DNA of 64,000 nucleotides, taken from Deltaproteobacteria bacterium (lineage in GTDB: Bacteria; Myxococcota_A; Polyangia; DRWM01; JAAZOP01). Below are positions 8,402 to 16,997 of the stretch, one piece after another (within the stretch, counting starts at the first letter, position 1; the number at the start of each line of letters is the position of its first letter). The position numbers and the translations under genes were made by a program. Below the pieces are notes generated by a model. The model saw nothing but the letters and a program-made list of their open reading frames with translations. It was not told the origin of the DNA and searched no databases. The stretch spans positions 237,389 through 301,388 of the forward strand of contig JACRCX010000025.1 of assembly GCA_016218815.1 (NCBI GenBank). Reading direction: 5' to 3'.

Positions 8402-9850
8402 ATGCGTACTGAATGGCTTGCTTTTTCGATGCTGCTTGGCCTGACCGCTTGTTCGGGCGGCCGCGGAGGAGGGGACGACGAGGACGGAACGGATGTCGAG
8501 CCGGAGGCGGGGGACGAGGGGCCGGACGAGGGTGTGGTCGAGGACGGGCGCTCGGACGAGGGGGCGGACGGGGAGGCGCGGGAAGACGGGGGAGAGGACG
8601 GCGGGAGCGAGGACGGGACGACGTGCACGCGGGCGACGGATCCGCTGGCGCTGTGGCGGGAGCGTCCGGAGCTGAACATGGTCGGGTCGGGTCCGCTGAC
8701 GCGGCTGGGGACGCTCGACGGGCCGTGCGTGGTGGACGGCTACCGGGTGGTGGCGGCGACGGGGATGGTGCTGCGCTTCGAGGCCACGACGGAGGCGGCG
8801 GGGATGGTCACCGCGCGTCTGGCGCTGTACGACGCGCGAGCCTTCGGGGGAGGAACGGTCGCGCCGCTGGTCGACGCCGTGGGAGCGCCGGGGTTCACGG
8901 CGACGCTGGACGCGACGATCCCGGCGGGCGGGGAATACCTGCTGCTGGTGCACGACCTGGAGCTGCGCGACGCGGGGCCGTACGCGCTCTCTGCGAGCTG
9001 CCGCGGCGGGTGCTCCAAGCGGGCCACGCGCTTCCCGATCGTGCTGCTCCACGGCTTCGGCGGCTGGGACACGATCCTCGGGTCGCTGGAGTACTTCTAC
9101 GGCGTGGAGGACGAGCTGGAGGGCCAGGGATACGACGTGTACGTCCCGACGAGCGACGCGGTGAACGACACGCCGACGCGGGCGCGGCAGTACGCCGCGC
9201 AGCTCGACGAAATCCTGGCGACGACGCACGCGCGCAAGGTCGACTTCATCACGCACAGTCAGGGGGGACTCGACGCGCGCTACATCGTCTCCACGCTCGG
9301 CTACGGCGACCGCGTGGGCGCGGTGGTGATGATCTCGACGCCGAACGACGGGACGCTGGTGGCCGACGCGCTCCTGGGGGACATGCCGGTGGGCACCGCG
9401 GTGCTCTCCGCGCTGTTCGACGCCTGGGGCGCCATCCTGGGCGGCTCGGAGGCGGACACGCGGGCGGCGTTCGAGCAGCTCCGGACGAGCGTGGTGCGGG
9501 ACGAGTTCAACCCGGCGAACCCGGACGACCCGCGCGTCGTGTACTGGTCGTGGGCCGGCCAGAGCTGCGGGGTCCTGGACTTCTCCTGCCAGGCCGCGAA
9601 CTCGGGCGAGGTCGTCGACCCCCTGTTGATCGCGAGCTACGAGTTCCTGGTCGGCGACGAACCGGGGCACGGGCCGAACGACGGGTTGGTCCCGGTGGCC
9701 TCGGCGCACTGGGGCACGTTCCAGGGGACGATTCCGGGCGACCACTGGGACGAGATCGGGCAGCTCGCCGACTCCGGACCGGGCGGCCCGTTCGACCACC
9801 TCGCGTTCTACGCCGACATCGCGGCGCGACTGTGCGCGGCCGGCCTGTGA
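8402..9850 (+). CDS. Secreted alpha/beta-hydrolase lipase with acidic linker and N-terminal PPC-like beta domain, lipoprotein
   Basis: Lipobox LLGLTACSGG and a D/E/G-rich linker. The lipase-type blocks are FPIVLLHGFGGW and the nucleophile elbow ITHSQGG. An earlier in-frame ATG at 8372 is also possible. Confidence 0.8.
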   Translation: MRTEWLAFSMLLGLTACSGGRGGGDDEDGTDVEPEAGDEGPDEGVVEDGRSDEGADGEAREDGGEDGGSEDGTTCTRATDPLALWRERPELNMVGSGPLTRLGTLDGPCVVDGYRVVAATGMVLRFEATTEAAGMVTARLALYDARAFGGGTVAPLVDAVGAPGFTATLDATIPAGGEYLLLVHDLELRDAGPYALSASCRGGCSKRATRFPIVLLHGFGGWDTILGSLEYFYGVEDELEGQGYDVYVPTSDAVNDTPTRARQYAAQLDEILATTHARKVDFITHSQGGLDARYIVSTLGYGDRVGAVVMISTPNDGTLVADALLGDMPVGTAVLSALFDAWGAILGGSEADTRAAFEQLRTSVVRDEFNPANPDDPRVVYWSWAGQSCGVLDFSCQAANSGEVVDPLLIASYEFLVGDEPGHGPNDGLVPVASAHWGTFQGTIPGDHWDEIGQLADSGPGGPFDHLAFYADIAARLCAAGL

Positions 9851-9880
9851 GGCGAGCCGGGGTGAAGGGGTGGAAGAAAA

Positions 9881-9910
9881 AACCACCGATGGACACCGAT
9901 GGACACCGAT
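9881..9910 (+). repeat. Family A element, copy 2
   Basis: 30 bp identical to copy 1. The mini-ORF spans 9889-9912 and ends in TAA. The second ATG of the element (9899) opens the FGE-like ORF. Confidence 0.95.
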
Positions 9911-10879
9911 AAGGGGGGAGGAGAGAGGGAGAAGGACCAGACCGTCCGCGGGGCAGCGGCGCGTGTGGCGGTGCTGTCCCTGGGAATCGGGCTGGGGCTC
10001 GCGGCGTGCAGCGCGCTGACGGATTTCTCGCCGATCGACTCGGGGCCGCGGGACGACGGCGGGGCGGACGAGGTCGGGGTCGAGGACGGGGGCGGCGAGG
10101 GCGGGATGTCGTGCCACCCGGGACCCGATCCGTGCCCGGCGGGAACGAGCTACGTGCCTTGCGGTCCGGTGCTGCTGGGCAGCGACACGGGGGAAGGGGA
10201 CGGCGACGAGGAGCCGGAGCACGTGGTCGACGTGTCGGCCTACTGCATCGACACGAACGAGGTGACCAACGGGGCGTACGCGGAGTGCGTCACGGCGGGA
10301 GGTTGCACGGCCCCGCACGCCGACGGCTCGGCGACGCGGGCGTCGTACTACTCGCACCCGAGCTACTCGGCGTACCCGGTGATCGCCGTCGACCACGACC
10401 AGGCGGAGGCGTACTGCCGCTGGGTGGGCAAGCGGCTGCCGACGGAGGCGGAGTGGGAGAAGGCGGCGCGCGGGGGGTGCGAGATCGCGGCACCGGAGGG
10501 TTGCGGGTCGGAGGACGAGCGGACCTACCCGTGGGGCGAGGCCGAGCCGACCTGCACACTGGCGAACTTCGCGGGCTGCGCGGGCGACACGGACCGGGGC
10601 GGCGCGCGCCCGGACGGCGCAAGTCCTTACGGCGTGCAGGACCTGGCGGGCAACGCGCAGGAGTGGGTCGCCGACTGGTACGCGGCGACGATCTACGAGG
10701 CGTGCCGGGCGGGCGGCTGCGTCGACCCGCCGGGGCCCCCGACGGGCACGGAACGGGTCTTCCGCGGCGGGGCGTGGGAATCCGCGCAAGCGTACCTGCG
10801 CAACGCCAACCGCTTCCGCCAGGTCCCCGGGTACTCCGACGAGCACCTCGGCTTCCGCTGCGCGGCGCCGGTGCGGTAG
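9899..10879 (+). CDS. Formylglycine-generating enzyme (FGE-sulfatase/SUMF1) family lipoprotein
   Basis: Lipobox GLGLAACS. FGE-family blocks are RLPTEAEWEKAARGG, YPWG, GNAQEWVADWY, RVFRGGAW and HLGFRCA. The start is uncertain: ATG 9899 lies inside the repeat and there are internal GTGs. Confidence 0.8.
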   Translation: MDTDKGGGEREKDQTVRGAAARVAVLSLGIGLGLAACSALTDFSPIDSGPRDDGGADEVGVEDGGGEGGMSCHPGPDPCPAGTSYVPCGPVLLGSDTGEGDGDEEPEHVVDVSAYCIDTNEVTNGAYAECVTAGGCTAPHADGSATRASYYSHPSYSAYPVIAVDHDQAEAYCRWVGKRLPTEAEWEKAARGGCEIAAPEGCGSEDERTYPWGEAEPTCTLANFAGCAGDTDRGGARPDGASPYGVQDLAGNAQEWVADWYAATIYEACRAGGCVDPPGPPTGTERVFRGGAWESAQAYLRNANRFRQVPGYSDEHLGFRCAAPVR

Positions 10880-10882
10880 ACC

Positions 10883-11935
10883 CTAGCGAAACTCGATCTC
10901 GGCCACGAGGGGAAGGTGATCGGACAGCGGGCCGGCCTCGCGCACGACCCGCGCGGAGATCCGGCGCGCGTCGGCCGGGAACCAGATGTAGTCGAGCCGC
11001 CGGTTGGGGACGTCGGCGGGGAAGGTGAACGTCTCGGGGTTCGGGGTGTCCGGCGGGAGGGCCTCCTGGAGGCCGAGCGCGCGGACGGTGGCGATCGTGC
11101 GGTCGGTGGTCATGTCGGTCTCGGGCTCGTCCGGAAACCGCGCGCGCAGCGTGGCCTCGGGCGGGATGGCGTTGAAGTCGCCGAGCACGAGGCGGGGGCG
11201 GTCGAGCAGCGTGCGGACGCGGCGGACGAGCAGATCGGCGTGGCGTTCGCGATTGCGCTGGTGGAAGGCCTCGAGGTGGACGTTGACGACGTCGAGGGTC
11301 GAGCCGCCGCCGATCGAGAGCTCGACGTGCTGCAGGGCCCGGTGGAGGTAGAAGGCGTTGTACCAGAAGGGGTTCTCGTCGGGCTGGGGCAGGAGGTGCC
11401 GGACGTTGGAGGTGATGGGGAAACGTGAGAGGACGGCTTGGCCGGAGCGCATGCGGCCGTAGTGCTGGGACGGGGGCCAGTAGGGGAAGGGGAGGTAGCG
11501 GCAGTTCCAGGTCTCGACGCGAGCGGCCCAGGGGTAGCCGGCCTCGCGGGCGAGAAAGGCGACCTCGTCGATGCCGTGGGTGCGGGCGGCGCCGAAGTCG
11601 ACCTCCTGCAGGGCAACGACGTCGGCGTCGAGGGTGCGCAGCACGTGCGCGATACCGACGAGGTTGCGCCGGATGGTGGCCTCGTCGCGCAGATCGCCGA
11701 CGTCGTCCTTGCGCCCGCGGCCGTAGGCGATGTTCCAGGAGACGACGCGCAGGGGCCCGACGCGCGCGGCGGGCGCGCCGGCCGAGCGGTCGCCGCCGTA
11801 GCGCTCCGGGGGCACGCTCAGCGGATCGGTGTCGTCGAAGCCGGAGGATCCCCAGAGGTAGAACGCGACGAAGGCCACGATCAGGCCTCCCAGGACGAGG
11901 CCCGCGACGCGCGCGATGCGCAAGGCGAGCCGCAC
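10883..11935 (-). CDS. Endonuclease/exonuclease/phosphatase (EEP) family protein with N-terminal membrane anchor
   Basis: The tail of ORF 10883..12469 has normal composition from the GTG at 11935. A TM anchor (AGLVLGGLIVAFVAFYLW) is followed by LRVVSWNIAYG, VVALQEVD, LGDFNA and LSDHLPLVAEIEF. Confidence 0.75.
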   Translation of the reverse strand: MRLALRIARVAGLVLGGLIVAFVAFYLWGSSGFDDTDPLSVPPERYGGDRSAGAPAARVGPLRVVSWNIAYGRGRKDDVGDLRDEATIRRNLVGIAHVLRTLDADVVALQEVDFGAARTHGIDEVAFLAREAGYPWAARVETWNCRYLPFPYWPPSQHYGRMRSGQAVLSRFPITSNVRHLLPQPDENPFWYNAFYLHRALQHVELSIGGGSTLDVVNVHLEAFHQRNRERHADLLVRRVRTLLDRPRLVLGDFNAIPPEATLRARFPDEPETDMTTDRTIATVRALGLQEALPPDTPNPETFTFPADVPNRRLDYIWFPADARRISARVVREAGPLSDHLPLVAEIEFR

Positions 11936-11951
11936 GGAGCCGCCTCCGGCC

Positions 11952-12710
11952 TCACTGCTCGAAGAACATCGGGACGCGGCGTTTGAGGAAGGTCTCGATG
12001 GCGCGGCGGTCGTCGTCGCGGAGGTTGATGAACTTGAGGCCCATGCCGGGGGTGATGTCGGGGGTCTTGGGGTCGTAGTCGCGAACCCAGGAGACGCGGC
12101 CCTTGGCGGTGATCTGGCGGCCGCCGGGCAGCTCGAAGGTGAACAACACCTTGGCGCCGATCGGCTTGACGTCGAAGGTGGCGACGAACAGGCCGCCTTC
12201 GTCGAGGTTCTGGGTGAAGCCGCAGTAGAACTGCGTCTCGCTGTCGAGGGTGAGCTGCTGGAGGACGTTCCAGTTGATGGTGCGCGCGGGGACGTGCGTG
12301 CCGGCGAAGGCGCCCGGGGTGGCGTTGGCCAGGGAGGCCCGCTGCTCGGGCGGGAGCTGGGAAACCCGCTGCTTCTCCTCCTGGAAGCGCTTCTTGGCGT
12401 CCTGGACGATGGGGTAGAGCATCGCGAGGCACTTGGCGACGGCGCTGGCGGCGACCTGGGTCGTCGCACCGCCGCCCTGCACGTCCTGGAAGATCTGCAG
12501 GGCCTGGGCCAGGTGCTCCATCGACCCCTTCAGGATGCCGCCGCACTCGAAGCTGTCCGGCGCCTCCTTGGTGGCCTGGAACAGCAGGCCCTGCGCCTTG
12601 GCCAGCACTTGCGTGAGCCGGCCGAGCTGCGACTCGAGCGCGGGATCTCCCTGGGTCGCTTCGAGCGCCTGCATCAGGTACTCTCGTGCCGTCTGAGCAG
12701 GATGCGTCAT
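11952..12710 (-). CDS. PilZ-domain protein of the myxobacterial TIGR02266 type
   Basis: The ATG at 12710 opens the only normal-composition part of the 1102-aa ORF. The C-terminus reads NLDEGGLFVATF...GRVSWVRDY...PGMGLKFINLRDDDRRAIETFLKRR. Confidence 0.75.
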   Translation of the reverse strand: MTHPAQTAREYLMQALEATQGDPALESQLGRLTQVLAKAQGLLFQATKEAPDSFECGGILKGSMEHLAQALQIFQDVQGGGATTQVAASAVAKCLAMLYPIVQDAKKRFQEEKQRVSQLPPEQRASLANATPGAFAGTHVPARTINWNVLQQLTLDSETQFYCGFTQNLDEGGLFVATFDVKPIGAKVLFTFELPGGRQITAKGRVSWVRDYDPKTPDITPGMGLKFINLRDDDRRAIETFLKRRVPMFFEQ

Positions 12711-12821
12711 GGCGCGAAGGCTACAACAGGGCGATGGTGGCAGACAAGTGGGCATTGACCGCGGCCCCCGGGAGCGGCTAGCGGTGCGGGCGTGGGGAGG
12801 GGCGGGAAGGCGGTTTCGGCG

Positions 12822-14270
12822 ATGTTGTGCGTGACCGGGTCGGAACGGACGCTCGAGGCTCTGGTGGCGCGGATCGAGCGATTGCCGGAGGCGGCGCTGC
12901 ACGAGGTGCGGCTGGACCTGCTGGACGAGGCGCCGCTGCGGCTGATCGCGCGCCTGCCGGCCCCGCGGCGGCTGGTGGTCACCGTCCGGGCGGCCCGCGA
13001 GGGCGGCGGATGGACGGGCACGGAGGAGAGCCGGGTCGCGCTGCTGCGCGAGGCGATCAACCGGGAGGTCGGGTACGTGGACGTCGAGGCGTCCACGCCG
13101 GCGGAGCTGCGCGAACCGCTCCTGGGCGCGCCTGGACCCACGAAGCGCATCATCTCGGCGCACCTCCCGCCCGGGACGGAGGAGACGCCGCTGAGCGCGC
13201 TGGCGCGGCTGGGGAGCCTGCCGGCGCACGTGCTCAAGCTGGCGGTGCCGATCGAGGACGCGGCCGAGCTGTGCGCGCTGCGCGACGCCGCGTCCGGCTG
13301 CCGGCGCGACGTGCTGGCGATCGGGACGGGCGAGGCGGGGGCGTTGTCGCGCCTCGCCTACCGCGCCTTCGGCTCGAGCTGGACCTACGTCGCGGCCGAC
13401 GAGGCGGGCCGCACGGCGCCCGGCCAATGGACGGCGGCGCAGGCCGAGCGGGTGGCGATGGGACGGCAGCCGCCGCTGGTCTACGGTCTCCTGGGCGGCG
13501 CCTCCGCACTGCGCTCGCCCGGCCCGCGCGCCTACAACGCGCTCCTGCCGCGCTCGGGCAGGCCGCTGTGCTACGTCCCGCTGCCGACGGCGCGCCCGGC
13601 CGCGGTGCTGCAGCTTTTGCGGGACGAGGTGCTGGCGGGGCTGTCGGTGACGATGCCGCACAAGGAGGCGGTGCGCGACCTGATCGACGACGAGGCGCCG
13701 TCCGCACGGCGCTCCGGTTCGGTCAACACCATCGTCCTGGAGGCCGGGCGGCTGATCGGCCATTCCACCGACGGCGAGGGCGCCGTCGCGGCGCTCGGCG
13801 GCCCGGCCTCGCTGGCCGGACGCCGCGTGCTCCTGTTGGGGGCCGGCGGGGCGGCGCACGCCGTCGCCCGCTCGGTCACGGACGCCGGCGCCGCGGTGGT
13901 CGTCGCCTCCCGTCGTCTCGGCCGCGCGGCGGCGCTGGCCGAGGCGATCGGCGGCACGTGCGTCGAGTGGCGCGACTCGGGTGACGTGCCGTTCGACGTG
14001 TTGATCAACGCGACGCCGCTCGGCACCGACGGCACGACGATCCCGTTCGACGATCCCTCGGTCCTCGCCGGTCGCACCGTGCTCGACCTGGTGCTCGACC
14101 CGCCGCGCACGCCGCTCCTGAAGGCCGCCGAGCGCGCCGGCGCGGCGGCGGCGATCCCCGGCGACGTGATGTGGGCGCACCAGGGCGCCGCGCAGATGCG
14201 CCTCCTGACCGGCATGGCGCTCGACCCGGACGAGCTGTTGCGCTGCGTGCGGGCCGGGAGCACGGAGTAG
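12822..14270 (+). CDS. Bifunctional 3-dehydroquinate dehydratase (type I) / shikimate 5-dehydrogenase
   Basis: The N-terminal half is AroD-like (LCVTG...EVRLDLL...YVDVE...HVLKLAV). The C-terminal half is AroE-like (LSVTMPHKEAV, SVNTIV, GHSTDG, LLLGAGGAAHAVA, INATPLG). Confidence 0.8.
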   Translation: MLCVTGSERTLEALVARIERLPEAALHEVRLDLLDEAPLRLIARLPAPRRLVVTVRAAREGGGWTGTEESRVALLREAINREVGYVDVEASTPAELREPLLGAPGPTKRIISAHLPPGTEETPLSALARLGSLPAHVLKLAVPIEDAAELCALRDAASGCRRDVLAIGTGEAGALSRLAYRAFGSSWTYVAADEAGRTAPGQWTAAQAERVAMGRQPPLVYGLLGGASALRSPGPRAYNALLPRSGRPLCYVPLPTARPAAVLQLLRDEVLAGLSVTMPHKEAVRDLIDDEAPSARRSGSVNTIVLEAGRLIGHSTDGEGAVAALGGPASLAGRRVLLLGAGGAAHAVARSVTDAGAAVVVASRRLGRAAALAEAIGGTCVEWRDSGDVPFDVLINATPLGTDGTTIPFDDPSVLAGRTVLDLVLDPPRTPLLKAAERAGAAAAIPGDVMWAHQGAAQMRLLTGMALDPDELLRCVRAGSTE

Positions 14271-14273
14271 CCG

Positions 14274-15332
14274 ATGCCGCCGCTGGACCTGGCCGCCCTG
14301 CCCTCCTTCGCGACGACCGGCATCGGAAGCCTGCCGGTGGTGGACCCGGCCGAGGCGCTGGCGATCCTGCGCGGCGCGGAGCTCGACGTGCCGTTCTGGC
14401 CGCAGCTTCCGCGGCGGTCGTTCCTGGAGTCCATGGTCCCGCAGGCCGCGCGTCCGATCCCGTTCCTCCGGGTCGACGAGGCCACGCGCAAGGTCGTCGC
14501 CGTGCCGCTCGACGAGCGGCCCGGCCGGCTGGCGGAGACGGACGAGGCGCTCCTGGCGGGACGGCACGAGCGCTTCGGTCTCTCGCCGCTGGAGGCGGCG
14601 GCCTGGCAGCCGTTCCTGGCCGAGACGGCGGAACGAGCGGCGGTCAAGGGCCAGCTCACCGGCCCGGTCACGCTTGGCCTGGGTGCGCTGGACGAGCAGG
14701 AGCGGCCGATCTTCTTCGACGCGGAGCTGCGGGAAGCGGCGGCGCAGGCGACGGCGGCGGCGGCACGGGCGCAGGCCGAGGCGCTGGGGGCCGCGCGCCG
14801 GCTGGCGATCGTCTCGGTGGACGAGCCGACGCTGGGAGTGCTGGGGGCGGCCGGGTATCTCGGCGTGCGGCAGGAGGACGCGCTGGCGGCCCTGGCCGGG
14901 ACGATCGACGCCGTCCACCGGGCCGGCGCCGTCGCGGGCGTGCACTGCTGCGGTGCGGCGGACTGGGGGCTGGTGCTGGAGGCCGGCGCGGACGTGCTGT
15001 TCGCGGACCTCTACGGCTACAGCGGATCGCTGGTCGCCGCCGCGCGGTCGCTGGGGCCGCTCCTGGCCCGCGGGGGCCGCATCGGCTGGGGGCTGGTGCC
15101 GACGGACGAGGCGAGCGCGGGGGCGACGGTCGAGGCGATGCTGGGGCGCTGGCGGGAGACCGAGACGTCGCTGGTGGCGGCGGGACTCGACCGCGACGAG
15201 CTTCGGGCGCGGTCGCTGCTCACCCCGGCCTGCGGGTGCGGGACGCTGGACAGGGGGCAAGCGGTCGCCGTGTTCGCGAAGCTGGGGGAGTTGCGCTCGC
15301 GGATGCGGGAAGGAGTTGGCGGGCGGGCATGA
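14274..15332 (+). CDS. Cobalamin-independent methionine synthase (MetE C-terminal/URO-D-like) family protein
   Basis: 352-aa ORF starting 3 nt after the previous stop. Zn-ligand-like contexts are GVHCCG and LTPACGCG, and VSVDEPTLG is also present. Confidence 0.55.
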   Translation: MPPLDLAALPSFATTGIGSLPVVDPAEALAILRGAELDVPFWPQLPRRSFLESMVPQAARPIPFLRVDEATRKVVAVPLDERPGRLAETDEALLAGRHERFGLSPLEAAAWQPFLAETAERAAVKGQLTGPVTLGLGALDEQERPIFFDAELREAAAQATAAAARAQAEALGAARRLAIVSVDEPTLGVLGAAGYLGVRQEDALAALAGTIDAVHRAGAVAGVHCCGAADWGLVLEAGADVLFADLYGYSGSLVAAARSLGPLLARGGRIGWGLVPTDEASAGATVEAMLGRWRETETSLVAAGLDRDELRARSLLTPACGCGTLDRGQAVAVFAKLGELRSRMREGVGGRA

Positions 15333-15511
15333 CGCGGGTGGTGCGCCAGGGGCTCGGAACGCTCTTGGTGGCGGCCGCGATGGCGCCGCTGGTCGGGTCG
15401 CTCGACCTGTTCGCGGACCAGCGGATCGTCACGGCGCTGGTCGGGCTCGCGGCCGCGGGCTTTCTCGTGGCGGCGGGAGTTCGATTGCTGGCTGGGCGGG
15501 GGCGGGAGTGA
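15329..15511 (+). CDS. Small two-helix membrane protein (60 aa)
   Basis: ATGA start/stop overlap with the upstream gene. The sequence is MTRVVRQGLGTLLVAAAMAPLVGS...ALVGLAAAGFLVAAGVRLL, with high GC3. Confidence 0.5.
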   Translation: MTRVVRQGLGTLLVAAAMAPLVGSLDLFADQRIVTALVGLAAAGFLVAAGVRLLAGRGRE

Positions 15512-16539
15512 GGCGCGGCTTGCGTTCGGTCTTCCATCGGCGGGTCGAACGTCCGGGCGCCGGCGGCTCACGGACCGTGGGGTGTGTCGCCCTGACACTG
15601 CTGCTCGGCGCGTGCGGGAAGGGGGAGGAGCGTCGTGCGGCGCCGCCGGCCGGGCGCCCGGCGGCGATCGTGGGGGGCGAGCCGGTGCCGGCGGACTGGG
15701 TGAGAGTCGCCGCGACGAGCGAAGGGTTGGACCTGGAAGACGCTCTGGGTCGCGCGGTGGAGGTGGCGGCGATGGGGAGGCTGGCGCGGGATCGCGGGAT
15801 GGACCGGCTCGCGTCGGTGGCCTCCGAGGGACGTTCGGCTCTCGTGCGCATCCTCCTCGCGCGGCAGGCGGAGCTCGCGGATCCGCCGACGGAGCGCGAC
15901 CGGGCGGACCTTCTGCGCGCGTACCAGGAGCACGAGACCTGGTTCGTGCACCCGGAGATCCGGACGGTCGAGCACCTGGCGATCATCCTCGACGAGACCG
16001 GGGGACGGGGCACGCGCCCGCGGGGGCTCGTCCTGGACCCGGCGGCGGAGTCGGAGGATGCCCGCGAGGTGCTGGCGGGGTTCCTGCCGCTGGCGCAGGG
16101 AGCGGAAACCCCCGAGTCGTTCGCGGCCCTGCGACCGGTGCTCGAACAGCGCTGGCGGGAGCGGTGGCGGGCGGCCGGGCGGGCCGACGGGGCGCTGCCG
16201 CGCGTCGCGGAGGAGCGGATCGGGCCGTTCGATCGGCAGGGGGGGTACGACCCCGCGTTCCTGGCGACGGCGTTCGCGCTGGCGTCCGAGGGAGCGACGT
16301 CCGAGCCGGTGAGGACGGCCTACGGGTGGCATCTGCTGTACCTGCGGGAGGTGACACCCGCGCGGAGCGTGCCGTTCGACGAGGCGATCCCGGAGCTGCT
16401 GGTGAAGGCGAAGACGGCCATCGAGACGCAGCGGGCGGTGGGCATCGTGCGGGAGGCGAGCGGACGGCTGGGGGTGCAGGTCCATCCGGAGCTGCTGTCG
16501 TTGACGCAGCGGGGGGGGGCGGAGGCCGGGCCGCATTGA
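15508..16539 (+). CDS. Parvulin-type peptidyl-prolyl isomerase (SurA/PpiC-like) lipoprotein
   Basis: GTGA overlap with the upstream gene and a lipobox LLLGACG. The C-terminal PpiC-like block reads SEPVRTAYGWHLLYLREV. Confidence 0.65.
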   Translation: MRRGLRSVFHRRVERPGAGGSRTVGCVALTLLLGACGKGEERRAAPPAGRPAAIVGGEPVPADWVRVAATSEGLDLEDALGRAVEVAAMGRLARDRGMDRLASVASEGRSALVRILLARQAELADPPTERDRADLLRAYQEHETWFVHPEIRTVEHLAIILDETGGRGTRPRGLVLDPAAESEDAREVLAGFLPLAQGAETPESFAALRPVLEQRWRERWRAAGRADGALPRVAEERIGPFDRQGGYDPAFLATAFALASEGATSEPVRTAYGWHLLYLREVTPARSVPFDEAIPELLVKAKTAIETQRAVGIVREASGRLGVQVHPELLSLTQRGGAEAGPH

Positions 16540-16943
16540 CCATCTCCCGCCGGTTCGTGCCGCAGCGCGACCTCCAGAAGACGGCGTTCACCCGATCCCT
16601 GCGCGAGATGGTCGCCGACGTCCCGGGGTTGCAGGCGGTGGCGTTCTGCGACGAGGAGGGGGAGGTCGTCGACTACCATTCGTACCTGGAACCCTACGAC
16701 ACGAAGATCGCCGGCGCGGTGCTCGGCCTGCTGCTCTCGACGGTGGCGCGGGAGGGTCCGCGCCTGTGCGCGGGGGGGCTCCGCGAGCTGGTGATCGAGA
16801 CGGACGAGCACGTGCTGTTCGCGCGGCGGATGGCGGGCGACTACTGCCTGGCGGGGGTGCTGGGTCACGACGGGGTGCTGGCGAAGCTGCTGTCGATGCT
16901 GGACGAGGTGGAGGCGCGGATCCTCGCGGAGGCGGGAATGTAG
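16536..16943 (+). CDS. Roadblock/LC7 (MglB-like) domain protein
   Basis: A TTGA overlap is possible, with an alternative ATG near 16606. The sequence reads VPGLQAVAFCDEEGEVVDY...ELVIETDEHVLFARRMAGDYCLAGVL. Confidence 0.55.
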   Translation: MTISRRFVPQRDLQKTAFTRSLREMVADVPGLQAVAFCDEEGEVVDYHSYLEPYDTKIAGAVLGLLLSTVAREGPRLCAGGLRELVIETDEHVLFARRMAGDYCLAGVLGHDGVLAKLLSMLDEVEARILAEAGM

Positions 16944-16950
16944 GGGGGCT

Positions 16951-16980
16951 GGTGGCAGGTCGCTGGTAGCTGGTAGCCGG
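16951..16980 (+). repeat. Tandem-repeat cassette (ggtggcaggtcgctggtagctggtagccgg)
   Basis: Direct repeats of gctggtag lie between the convergent stops at 16943 and 16998. Confidence 0.8.
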
Positions 16981-16997
16981 CAGCTTGTCGCAGATCG

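Noticed and set aside
12711-15260. N-terminal 850 aa of ORF 11952..15260 (-). Likewise the N-terminal extensions of 10883..12469, 41761..44043, 44886..46151, 61319..62275, 61037..62467, 6611..9850 and 14674..16539.
   Set aside because: Only the C-terminal portions have normal amino-acid composition and family motifs. The extensions are Arg/Pro-rich and antisense to, or overlapping, well-supported genes. I therefore chose internal starts, several of which have SD-like sequences or 4-nt overlaps.
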